From the NCBI GenBank assembly GCA_040285745.1, contig JAUFOR010000001.1, forward strand, positions 434,001 through 498,000: DNA of 64,000 nucleotides, read 5' to 3'. Source of the stretch: Barthelona sp. PCE. Taxonomy: Eukaryota. This document shows, one piece after another, positions 8,855-18,521 of this stretch. The notes under the pieces are model-generated. The model was given only the letters and a program-made list of their open reading frames with translations. It was not told where the DNA came from and did no database searches. A program made the position numbers and the translations under genes. Positions within the stretch are counted from its first letter, which is position 1. Each line of letters opens with the position of its first letter.

Positions 8855-10648
8855 TTATTCTAACATTGATGCATCAATTAACTCCGAAAAGTTATCCTGA
8901 AGTTGGCTTCGCACTGCTTGTAGCTCCTGCAGCAGCTTATCATTCTCTGTTCTCAAGGTAATAATAGCCCGGTCTTTCAACCCAAGCGCTTTCTTTACCT
9001 CTGCCTCAACATGTTGCATTTTTTTGGCAAAATCCATCTCTTTATCTGATTCGCTGTTCTTACGCTCAATAATTGCCTGTTCTAAGTCAAAATTGAGACT
9101 TTGAATCTGCTGAGCACTTTCTCTTCTCAATTTCACAAGCTCTTTCTCCTTTGCCATCTTGTACTGGCTGAAATTGCTCTCCAAAGCCATATAAGCATCG
9201 TTCAACTCACTATGTTGTTCTTGTTTCACCTCAAGCCTCTCCTCCAACGACAATGCATCTTTCGATTGATTCCTCATGGATCTCACCGTCCTCCGCAGCT
9301 CCTCGCACTCGCTGTTGGCCTTAGACAGTCTGCCCTCCAAGTCAGCGATGCGCAGGGTGAGACCCTCCGTTTTTTCTACAATTCTCGTATTCAACTGACC
9401 TCGTTCAGTCTGGATCTGCTGCTCCATGCGCTTTGTGAGCTGCCCGACGATGTTCTCAAGCTCAGTCTCGTTGTCCTGCTGGAACTTGGTCTTCAGCTTA
9501 CTCCTCTCTTCGACTAACTGCTTGTTAAATGCTAACTCCAGCTTAGAGCGCTCCTGCGCAACGCGTTCATCAACACGGGCCTCGAATCCCGCCACAATCA
9601 AACGCTTCTCATCGAGAATGATCGAATCGACCTTGCGCTTGTACCTTGTCAATTCGGCAGTTAACTCATCAACCTTGCCACGTGACTCTCGCACCTGCTC
9701 CTCCAGCCCCTTCCTGATTGAAAGAAATGAAGCACGCTCCATGGAAACAACCTCAGTTATTTGCCGATCATGATCCTTGCGTAGATTCGTCATTTTTTGT
9801 TCGTAATCTTTAACAATCTCATCCATTCTTCCACGCCAGTAAGTATCCTTCTCCAACAACTTTGTATCGATTATAGAACGCTCCTCAACACGAGCTGTCC
9901 GCACACGCTCATTGGCTACCGTCTGTGCGTTGAGCCTTATAGTTTCCAACTCCCGCTCATGCTTCTGCCTTTCCAGCTCCAGTTCCTGATGTTTGCTTGT
10001 CAAAACCTTCTCAATGTGCAACTGCATATCCTTGATGGTATTATTCCTAACAGTCTCGAGTCGATCTTTGATAACGTCCTCCGCACGCTTCCTCTCAGAC
10101 ACGCGAACAGCCTTGCGCACCGACTTCTTTTCCTGGTCGAAACGTTCATTCATAGCTTCAACATTTCTCTCATATCGAGCTTTTGCTAGTGAAAACTTTT
10201 CCGTCAACTCCTCAATCTTTTCAATCAATTTCTTATTCTTCCCTGCAAGGGACGTGGCCTTGGCCTGTTGCTTTGCAACAAGACTCTCAACGTACCTCTC
10301 TAGGTTTGCTTTTTCTCGAACATTATCCCTCCGAATCAATTCCAAATCATTCTTTACCTGCATATTCTCAGCTTTGAGGCTCTCAATGACCGAGTCTGAG
10401 TCCATTAATTGATCTTGCAAGCTCCTGATCTTGTTTTTCAGTCGATTAATACCAGTGCTGAACTTCTTGTCTGTACTGGGTGTTGTACTCGTCGTTGAAC
10501 CCGCTTCGTTGGTATTTGCTGTTTCCCGCGGACGGCGGCGTGCTACATCGACTCCTGTAACCGACATTCCTGAAATAATGCTTTCAGTTTCCTCATTTTC
10601 TCGTTCTAGAAAGCTTAAAAACGGATTTGTCCCATTTCCTAACATCAA
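8855..10648 (-). CDS. CEP131: Centrosomal coiled-coil protein CEP131/AZI1-like
   Basis: Long coiled coil with ERKRAEDVIKDRLETVRNNTIKDMQLHIEKVL and C-terminal VEAEVKKALGLKDRAIITLR, resembling CEP131 conserved blocks. Confidence 0.65.
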   Translation of the reverse strand: MMLGNGTNPFLSFLERENEETESIISGMSVTGVDVARRRPRETANTNEAGSTTSTTPSTDKKFSTGINRLKNKIRSLQDQLMDSDSVIESLKAENMQVKNDLELIRRDNVREKANLERYVESLVAKQQAKATSLAGKNKKLIEKIEELTEKFSLAKARYERNVEAMNERFDQEKKSVRKAVRVSERKRAEDVIKDRLETVRNNTIKDMQLHIEKVLTSKHQELELERQKHERELETIRLNAQTVANERVRTARVEERSIIDTKLLEKDTYWRGRMDEIVKDYEQKMTNLRKDHDRQITEVVSMERASFLSIRKGLEEQVRESRGKVDELTAELTRYKRKVDSIILDEKRLIVAGFEARVDERVAQERSKLELAFNKQLVEERSKLKTKFQQDNETELENIVGQLTKRMEQQIQTERGQLNTRIVEKTEGLTLRIADLEGRLSKANSECEELRRTVRSMRNQSKDALSLEERLEVKQEQHSELNDAYMALESNFSQYKMAKEKELVKLRRESAQQIQSLNFDLEQAIIERKNSESDKEMDFAKKMQHVEAEVKKALGLKDRAIITLRTENDKLLQELQAVRSQLQDNFSELIDASMLE

Positions 10649-10749
10649 AATGATGCAAACCCCTTTTGCAAACGCTTATAAGGAATGAAAATGTTTATAA
10701 CGATTTCTTCCCTTTTCACTTCTTTTAAAATCATTCGCACGGAGTTAAA

Positions 10750-11475
10750 ATGGAAGTTTCGATTATCAGGGAGGTTATATCATGCCCAAATTTGCAATTT
10801 CATGTTACAACTTTGTTAGAAGCAGTTCAAAGTCATCATGCAGCTGAAAACTACTCAGGTGCTCTTGAATTTCTGGCCAGAGCTCGGTCAGAGTGTGAAG
10901 CTGATTTGGGAGGTAAACTGTCGCGTAACCTTCAGTTTTATTTTGAATGCTTTGAGGGTGACTTATTTCTATCAATGGATGATTACGAAGAGGCAAGTTA
11001 TCACTTCGAGGTTGCAGCAGAGATCAGTTCTACGTTTCCAATTGGTCACCCTGATCGTGCTTTAACTTTCATATTATTAGCAACAGTTTACTACTACAAA
11101 GAGCAGTACGATGAGGCAATAGCTGCACTTGAGGAGGCTAAGTCGATCCGTGAGACAATCCTCAGTCCAGAACACATAGACACAGCACTTGTTTATCACA
11201 ATCTCGCTGTATGTTCGTACAAAAAGGACAATCCACCTGAAGCCCAGCTATACCTCAACAAGGCTGTGGATGTATTCGTGATGAACCTTGGTTACACTCA
11301 TCCTAGAACTAATTTGGCGTTGGGTAACAAGAGCATTATTGAAATTTCAAATGTAACATTTTCAGATATTTTATTACCAAAGGTACGGCCGCCTAAGCCA
11401 AAAGAACCTAAGAAAGGAAAAAAGAAAGGAAAAGGAAAAGGAAAAGGGAAAGGAAAGAAGAAAAAGAAACGCTAA
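10750..11475 (+). CDS. TPR (kinesin-light-chain-type) repeat protein with Lys/Gly-rich tail
   Basis: Repeats GHPDRA, EHIDTALVYHNLA, THPRT; tail KKGKKKGKGKGKGKGKKKKKR. Confidence 0.8.
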   Translation: MEVSIIREVISCPNLQFHVTTLLEAVQSHHAAENYSGALEFLARARSECEADLGGKLSRNLQFYFECFEGDLFLSMDDYEEASYHFEVAAEISSTFPIGHPDRALTFILLATVYYYKEQYDEAIAALEEAKSIRETILSPEHIDTALVYHNLAVCSYKKDNPPEAQLYLNKAVDVFVMNLGYTHPRTNLALGNKSIIEISNVTFSDILLPKVRPPKPKEPKKGKKKGKGKGKGKGKKKKKR

Positions 11476-11525
11476 AAATTTTTTCATTTTTTCTTATTTT
11501 TACCTCTTTTTTGTTAATAAATGTG

Positions 11526-13889
11526 CTATATTCCACCAGTAATAATTTGATTCCAAAGCAATATAATATCATTCTCCTCCTCTGCATCCTCTTTTTGTTT
11601 CTTAAAAACATTGACAATATTGAAAACATGTTGCTTGATGTCGTCAAACTCCAGACACCTATAAATCAAATGCTTAATGTGCGTGAAGTCCCATCCACCG
11701 TTGATGAATACCAGCATGTACATGAGAAGCTCTAAAATTTTTGTTGCAATGTGGGATATTTTCTCAACATCATTATTCGACATATGGAATAAAAGTTCCG
11801 CTGCAATATTCACACATTCTATATCAGAAGAACTTATCGAAAAAGAAATATCGGAATCAAACAGATAACTGAACATTGTTTGGAATATAGACAATGATCG
11901 AGACATTGTTTTGGTGATCAAGGGGATGAAATTAAGTAAGATCGTTAGGGTTTGAAGTGAAAAGGGCTGTAGTATCTGAAATAACAACCCTGCAAGCCTG
12001 TTGTTTGTGATAGCACCGTCAAAAAAATATAAGACTCCATTCAGCAATGCATACATGTCATCATCAATTGTGTCTTCAGATTCGTATACACGATGGTAAT
12101 AATCAACAAAAACAGGAAGAAATCTTGTAGCAACCCGCAATATTGACTCTGCATACTCCTCTGGAAGGTCTTGGTGCAGCAAATGTATGATAAAAACTGT
12201 CAAGATTTCTGCATTGGAAGGGAAAACAGGTATACTTGACAACACACCCAGTGACTTAGAAACAAGCACTGTTGATGCCACAATGTTCTCACGCAGCAAA
12301 CAGTCGATCTCCGCTGCGGTCATTAGAGCTGCAAAATCTGATACGGCCTCATATCTAAAAAATGATAATATCTCTCCCGGCTTACACGGAAACACCATCA
12401 AACTGATTATCTCCTGCGTTGCCTCGTTGAGTTGGTCGAGTTGGAGTTCGGTAGCATTCAGTCTACGACGCTCCGCCCAATAATACAATTTAGTGATACC
12501 TGGTGGAATTTCAAACGTTGGATGCAGGTTAAGCTCTCTGATTAACTGAAAACTGAGTGCCAACGAGCACTTCTGGGACTGGGATAACTCACCAATATCA
12601 ACTATAAAAACCCCTTCAAACACTTCCTGCAGGAGATCACCAATGCCCATTTCTCCGAATTCGTTCGCCATGCCAAGCCGAACAAGGGATAGTAGTGTGC
12701 TGAGAATGTTAACAACAACTGGGGTGCGCGCAAACGTCGCCCAGTCAATTTTGCTCAGTGTTTCGCATATAACACCATAAAAAACACGACATTCGGCGTC
12801 GTCCTCGTAGTTTGCAGCGAAGAATGTGAGGCAACTATTCAGCAAAGAGAAGAGCGAATCAGTAACCTGTTCGTTTAGATGCAGTGATGATTTCAATAGC
12901 TCCAACACGTCATTACAGCATTGTACGACGCTTCCGCTGTATGCTGTACCGTACACAAGATCGGGGAGGCGGCTGATAACAACAGCTAAAACAGAAGCGC
13001 TGAGTATGACGTTATCCAAATCGAAATCATACAAACACGTAACAAGACGTGGAATGATTGATGCGAAAAACGGCATGACAAGATCGAACAATGGGTCTAC
13101 AGTGAAGTTGTTCAGTAACTGCAATAGAAGATTAATCTTCTGCGCTTGAACATCGGCCAAAAGTGTAGCGACGCGACCCAACAGTTTAGGAACCTGCAAT
13201 AATGCAACTAAAGGCTCGTCAATCATGTACTTAAGGGTGTCAATGATCATCTCTTCATCAAAGAAAGTATCAATGAGACTATAGCCCAAATGACTTTCAG
13301 AGATAGGAACTACCTCAACCAAATCACTGTACGCATCCAGGTCATCGATTAGAATTCCGTTTTTCATGTGTTCGCTCAGCACCAGCGTCGGAATAGAGAT
13401 TGAATCCCTGTCAATAGAGGAAAGGTCAACCACGATTTGAGGGATTATCATTATATTAACAACAGCAGACTCGAAAAAAGTACTGTCAAACTGGTAGTCG
13501 GAGATTATTGTTGATATGAAACTCTCAACATCGTGCCAAAAATCATGTAAATCGGAGCAGTCGCTTTGAGCCTCACTTTTTGAGTTTGGAATACGATTAG
13601 GGCGTACTTGTTTCGATCTCTTCTTGGCTCGAGCGGATAAGCTCGAATAAACCACGAGAGGTTCGGATAACAACTTTAAAACTGTCTCTACAGCATAAGG
13701 ATCTTTGTGTGATGTTAACAGCTTTGTAATTGCAATGTGGAACTTTGGAACTGTTGAAACGTGGTAGCAAAAGCATCTATTACTGTGAGAAACAAAGCTT
13801 GTAAACGGTTCCACATTATTACTTCTTACAAGGCCCTTAAAGACTTCCACAAGCCTGGACTGCCATTCACGTGGTGGGCAGAGCGACAT
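11526..13889 (-). CDS. Hypothetical 787-aa protein, probably alpha-helical (ARM/HEAT-like)
   Basis: Long ATG ORF with Leu/Ile-rich helical composition; no family recognised. Confidence 0.7.
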   Translation of the reverse strand: MSLCPPREWQSRLVEVFKGLVRSNNVEPFTSFVSHSNRCFCYHVSTVPKFHIAITKLLTSHKDPYAVETVLKLLSEPLVVYSSLSARAKKRSKQVRPNRIPNSKSEAQSDCSDLHDFWHDVESFISTIISDYQFDSTFFESAVVNIMIIPQIVVDLSSIDRDSISIPTLVLSEHMKNGILIDDLDAYSDLVEVVPISESHLGYSLIDTFFDEEMIIDTLKYMIDEPLVALLQVPKLLGRVATLLADVQAQKINLLLQLLNNFTVDPLFDLVMPFFASIIPRLVTCLYDFDLDNVILSASVLAVVISRLPDLVYGTAYSGSVVQCCNDVLELLKSSLHLNEQVTDSLFSLLNSCLTFFAANYEDDAECRVFYGVICETLSKIDWATFARTPVVVNILSTLLSLVRLGMANEFGEMGIGDLLQEVFEGVFIVDIGELSQSQKCSLALSFQLIRELNLHPTFEIPPGITKLYYWAERRRLNATELQLDQLNEATQEIISLMVFPCKPGEILSFFRYEAVSDFAALMTAAEIDCLLRENIVASTVLVSKSLGVLSSIPVFPSNAEILTVFIIHLLHQDLPEEYAESILRVATRFLPVFVDYYHRVYESEDTIDDDMYALLNGVLYFFDGAITNNRLAGLLFQILQPFSLQTLTILLNFIPLITKTMSRSLSIFQTMFSYLFDSDISFSISSSDIECVNIAAELLFHMSNNDVEKISHIATKILELLMYMLVFINGGWDFTHIKHLIYRCLEFDDIKQHVFNIVNVFKKQKEDAEEENDIILLWNQIITGGI

Positions 13890-14484
13890 GTGCTTTGGAA
13901 ATGGTAAAAAAAAGATACAACGTGCTCAAAAACATTTCTGGATACATGTACCAATAATGAATGTATCACGTTTATTTAAGGTGAGTATGTGGCTTGTTTC
14001 ACCCTTGATAATAATTATTGAACGTCAAAAGTCTATAGAAGAAAACCTGCAGTATTGAAAAATGAACATATCCTAATGTTATAATGAATCTAACACCCCT
14101 AACTCAATATTTAAGCTTTTTGAACCATGTACTCTTGCTATAAATTTAATATGCAATGATAAATTTTGTAAATCCTTTATACATCTATGAAATTTATTCT
14201 AAGACTATTGTATTCAAATATTTACTTTTTTAATATGTTTTTTGAGAATTTAAATTTATAATTAAAGCAAAAAAAAAAGAATTTTTTTAAATCATTATTA
14301 ATTTGATTAAATACCCTATTAAATACCCTCATGAAGGTTAAAAAGGAGTTATATACATTTTAAATTCTATTTAGAGTACGTCAAAATAGTGTGCCGGCAC
14401 CCCAACCTTCTTTAGGTCGAATTTCTATAAATAATTACATATTCTTTTCTTAACATCATTTCCGTCGAAACTGCGGTTTCACGA

Positions 14485-14556
14485 GGTACCATGGTGTAAT
14501 GGTTATCACGCTTGCCTTTGAAGCAGGATATCTGGGTTCAATTCCCAGTGGAACCT
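14485..14556 (+). tRNA. tRNA-Gln(TTG)
   Basis: Acceptor GGTACCA/TGGAACC, A box TGGTGTAATGG, anticodon arm CTTGC-CTTTGAA-GCAGG, T arm CTGGG-TTCAATT-CCCAG, followed by a T5 Pol III terminator. Confidence 0.92.
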
Positions 14557-14634
14557 ACCTTTTTAATTCAATACATTCAGGAAGTCGAAATAAGATATTG
14601 TCTGGACATTTTGTAAGCTCCATTTCCGGAATCA

Positions 14635-14715
14635 GCGGGCGTAGCACAGTTGGTAGCTGCGTCAGACTCATAAGTTGCAATCTGAAGGTCCCGAGTTCGA
14701 GTCTCGGCGCCCGCA
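14635..14715 (+). tRNA. Elongator tRNA-Met(CAT) with 7-nt intron (14673-14679)
   Basis: Acceptor GCGGGCG/CGCCCGC, anticodon stem TCAGA/TCTGA with CT-CAT-A[AGTTGCA]A, T arm CCGAG-TTCGAGT-CTCGG (TTC loop, so not initiator); followed by CCA and a T9 terminator. Confidence 0.92.
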
Positions 14716-14749
14716 CCATTTTTTTTTACTCACAAATTTTTTGTTGAAT

Positions 14750-14799
14750 GAAGCATGTGGTTGATGGATGTTGAATTATGGAAGCATGTGGTTGATGGA
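14750..14799. repeat. 19-nt direct repeat GAAGCATGTGGTTGATGGA x2
   Basis: Exact copies at 14750-14768 and 14781-14799. Confidence 0.85.
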
Positions 14800-14871
14800 A
14801 CTCATGACAGAGTGAATCTGTAACTCATGAATGTGCTGTCCGAATTACGGCACGCTTGTTAGACACGCTAG

Positions 14872-15078
14872 TTCGTAGGAGTAAATTTGCCTGATGATAG
14901 TGCACGCGATCTTCTTAGAGTGCTCTGTGAGCACTCATTCAACTTTCTTTCCATCTTTTGTTTATTTTTTAAAAAAGAGGGCAATGGAACAGTTCTCAGC
15001 GCAAGCGCAGCACTCGGGGGAGCTCGCCGCTCCCGGACAAGTGCACGACTCTGAAGTAAATTTACAATATCCTGCGAA
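14872..15078 (+). ncRNA. Candidate structured box C/D-type RNA (~210 nt)
   Basis: Nested long-range stems with G.U pairs, a TGATGA/CTGA pair in K-turn-like juxtaposition, and three internal hairpins (see findings). Confidence 0.55.
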
Positions 15079-15249
15079 GCCCCTTTGAAGTCATTCAAAA
15101 TTTATTACTGAATACTTACTTCAAAATCACATAAACAGCATCTATAGCAAGTGTGTGAAGTTTGGGCTGTGAATTAGAACTCTGATTTTCATGTGTAATA
15201 CTACATTCATCTTTTATCACATTGCGATCTCAAATATCGCACCAACATC

Positions 15250-17133
15250 ATGCCTCGTCTGAACCCCCACATTAGTTCCAGCACTGGCGTTGTTCACCAA
15301 ACACACCCAAATTTTGCACTTTTCGAACCTCATGGATACGTTCCTCCATCCAGAGACACCACATTTTTAATTGCACCAGACGCAAAAAACCGTATAAGAC
15401 TGCCCAAAGCATATTATTTGGTCAGGCACTGTATTTTAAGCAATATGGTACATGATAATCGTATGCAAAGTGATGAATCACATATTTCTCTTTACAAGCT
15501 CAATGATGGGAGTTTCCAAGAGATAAAGCAACTGGATTTGCAAAGATATGATGATTTGCAATTCTCAACCGTTTCTATTCTCAATGATCGGTTCGGTATT
15601 TTTTTTGACTCCAGGCATTGTTCAAGTGTGGACTTTTTAACAGGAAATGTAATAAGAAATGAATATAGTATCGTAAGGCACTCTCATTCCATGTTGATTT
15701 TTAACAACGGAACAAATTACTTAACTCCATCCATCATCAATGATTCGATAGAATTTATAACTATACAGGTACCCTTTAGTGCAAATACTAACGCTGTGGA
15801 GATTATTAACGCTGAAGTTCCAACAGTGATGCTTATCAATGCTGAATGTATATATTTAGTGACGATTGTAGACGGGATAGCGCACGTAGAGCAGGAGTTT
15901 GTGCACTTTGAGTTCGAACACAAGCCAGCTGAGGCGTTCTTAATTGATGATGTTTATTACTTTTTTATACCTAATTTGCATAGAATTGTTGGGTATAAGT
16001 ATGAAGGTCAGTTCGCATATCGCCATGTCGAGGTTTCTCATACAATGTTCAGTAAGCTGATGTGCTTAAATGGAGAAATGTATCTTCTTTTCGACGATTG
16101 GATGTACCCATTTGAAATATATAGTGATGTTAGAGGGTACGGTGTGCTGAAGGACATGCATTTTAAGGTGAACGTGAGGTCATTTAATTCGAAAATTACA
16201 CCAGTAATGGTTTCTGACCAGCACGTTTTATTCCTTGACATCTTCCGTTCTTCTCCTTGTTGCTTTATCCATGGAGCTTCAGAAGGGAATGACAAGGTGT
16301 TAGTGCTTGCAAACTCTTTGTTCAAACACAATGAAATAGTGTACACCCACCTTTATCATGATGGGTCAAAGTACGAAGTATATGAAGATAAAGAATTTTG
16401 TCAACAGTTAGAAGAGGAAATGCCCAGATACAAGGAAGCGTGGTACACATCGAAAAACTTTGTACGTTTAAAGGATGGTCACTATCCCATTATGCAAGTA
16501 GGTTCGGATGAAATTGAGGGTGTTATTCGATCAAATAGTTGGTTTGAAGCGATACCTGTCAACGATGTCATGTGGTGTGCTGGTTCGAGTGAAGTTGGCC
16601 TTGTGATTTTTAACGACAATGGCGAGTTTAGTAGATTTCGATCGTTTGAGACAGTTGAAGATATGTATACTGATTTTACACCCAACCAGTACAATCCAAT
16701 GATGGCGGTCATACCCAAGGATGGACATGTAGATCTCGTTGTGTATGATGAAGTTGAAGATAAATTTTTGCACCTTTTTGTGAATGAAGGTTATTCCAGC
16801 AGTGGGGATTATATGTTCATTGATGCTGATGTTTTTTTGCATATTGACATGTTGTATCGTGTTAACAGCGATGGAGTTGAGAGAATTGATTTAGAACTGC
16901 CATGGGACTTGAAGTACACACATTATGTTACTTATTTATCAGTCAAAAGAGGAACCATAACGCGATTAAGCACATGTTTGGACGGGTACGACATAACATT
17001 TGATGTTTTGTCATTTAACCATGATTATTCAAGCTATGTTATTGAGCAGAAACGAGTCAATGTTCTTGAACTGATTTTACAACAATGTGAGTTCTTTCCT
17101 GTTTCTTCTATTAGCACAAAAATGAAGATTTAG
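15250..17133 (+). CDS. Orphan beta-rich protein, lineage-specific 'MPR' family
   Basis: 627-aa ORF; shares N-terminal MPR..TG, an NQYNP motif and a C-terminal pattern with neighbours. Confidence 0.75.
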   Translation: MPRLNPHISSSTGVVHQTHPNFALFEPHGYVPPSRDTTFLIAPDAKNRIRLPKAYYLVRHCILSNMVHDNRMQSDESHISLYKLNDGSFQEIKQLDLQRYDDLQFSTVSILNDRFGIFFDSRHCSSVDFLTGNVIRNEYSIVRHSHSMLIFNNGTNYLTPSIINDSIEFITIQVPFSANTNAVEIINAEVPTVMLINAECIYLVTIVDGIAHVEQEFVHFEFEHKPAEAFLIDDVYYFFIPNLHRIVGYKYEGQFAYRHVEVSHTMFSKLMCLNGEMYLLFDDWMYPFEIYSDVRGYGVLKDMHFKVNVRSFNSKITPVMVSDQHVLFLDIFRSSPCCFIHGASEGNDKVLVLANSLFKHNEIVYTHLYHDGSKYEVYEDKEFCQQLEEEMPRYKEAWYTSKNFVRLKDGHYPIMQVGSDEIEGVIRSNSWFEAIPVNDVMWCAGSSEVGLVIFNDNGEFSRFRSFETVEDMYTDFTPNQYNPMMAVIPKDGHVDLVVYDEVEDKFLHLFVNEGYSSSGDYMFIDADVFLHIDMLYRVNSDGVERIDLELPWDLKYTHYVTYLSVKRGTITRLSTCLDGYDITFDVLSFNHDYSSYVIEQKRVNVLELILQQCEFFPVSSISTKMKI

Positions 17134-17308
17134 AATGGGAAGATAAGGAAATATGCAGTATTTTTTTTTTGAATTCAAATGATTATGTTTGTGTTGTTAT
17201 TGACCAAAAAACTCGTTTTTTATTATCATTCCATTGAAAAGGATGAGTTTAGAGATACCTGTCTCAGATCACTAGAGCACGTTTGCATACCTGAATCAAG
17301 CTGTGATT

Positions 17309-18352
17309 TAGTCATAATTAGGCATGTGGTATTCAACTATGGATGCCTCGGCCAGGAATGAAGATGGAACGTTTCCACAGTGGGATTCGTTGATTCAGGG
17401 TCTTCATCAATATTGTAAGTTTTTAACTGTATCATCTTGGTATCTTCACAGTATATCGCTTCCTGCGCAACATTATTTGGTAGATTTAAACTGTGATAAA
17501 AATTATTGACGTATGGAAAGCTGACGTTTCTGAAAAAATCCAGATTGAAGTATTCATCAACAATTGACACTTTAAAGACACCTTGGTTCATTCTTAAATA
17601 TGAATCTCCAACGAAATTGTGAAAACAACTGCCTTTTAACACTTCATCATCATTAGACCGTTTGAAAAGCAAAATTGGTTCGTAAAAGATTTCTGTTGAC
17701 CAATCTAAACAGCATAGGTTTCGGAATTTTCATTTCGTTTAATTGCAACAAAAAGTTGGTGATTAGCAGTTTCCACCATTAAACGAGGGTTGAATTTAAC
17801 ATTCGAAATGTCATCATGTTCGAATATGATGTGCTTTTGAACATTCTTTCGCTTCATGTCAAATTGGAAAAAATGAATCGCATCGGTGATGATATTATCA
17901 GCCGCATCAAGCTTGTTATACGTGTATTGATCCAACCTGTGCATATACATGAATGTAGTTCGATTTAAGAAGAAAATGTTGTGGGAAAGTTCATTTTTAA
18001 GGAATGTTGAGTGATAAAGGAACTCATTCGCCTCACTATTGAATCTAAAGAATAACATTCGGTTAGAAACTGCTGGATATGTGTGGTATAAATCGTTTGA
18101 GTCACAGCATTTAACTAAATTCTCAAAATGCAACCTTTTCCTGATATTGGTAAGCTCTTTTTCAGGTTTTAAATGAAGGTTGCCCCCACTAAACCCTATC
18201 CCTTTGATCGAGTGTATGGATAATCCATCATTATGTGGATAAATTGAAGAGGTGCTTTTTATGATGTTTAACGAATTATCAGACCAGTTGAATGAAAACG
18301 ACTCGTCTTTAACTGCTAATTTGGCACCTGTGTCAATTATTTTGCGAGGCAT
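17309..18352 (-). pseudogene. Frameshifted, shortened 'MPR' family copy
   Basis: Starts MPRKIIDTG. Frameshift at ~17705 (TYAV / LDWSTEIFYEP) and again at ~17355 (ETFHL / FLAEASIVEYHMPNYD*). About half the length of its relatives. Confidence 0.6.
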
Positions 18353-18521
18353 TAGGGGTATTTGATACTAAAACAAATGATTTGCTCGATAACCAGTATA
18401 AGATCCATTAAAGTAGCAGAAATCCAGTTGCTAAGTGCCTTCGTAGTTGATGAGTTAATTTATTATCAAGAATAGTTGTTGAGCATCTAAATAGAAAAAA
18501 TTTTTTACAATAGCAAAGCGG

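Noticed and set aside
15072-15087. Minus-strand AAAGGGGCTTCGC resembles RNase MRP CR-V
   Set aside because: No matching CR-I (GAAAGTCCCC-like) upstream on that strand.
14499-15098. Short ORFs overlapping the tRNAs and the structured RNA
   Set aside because: Better explained as spurious frames over RNA genes.
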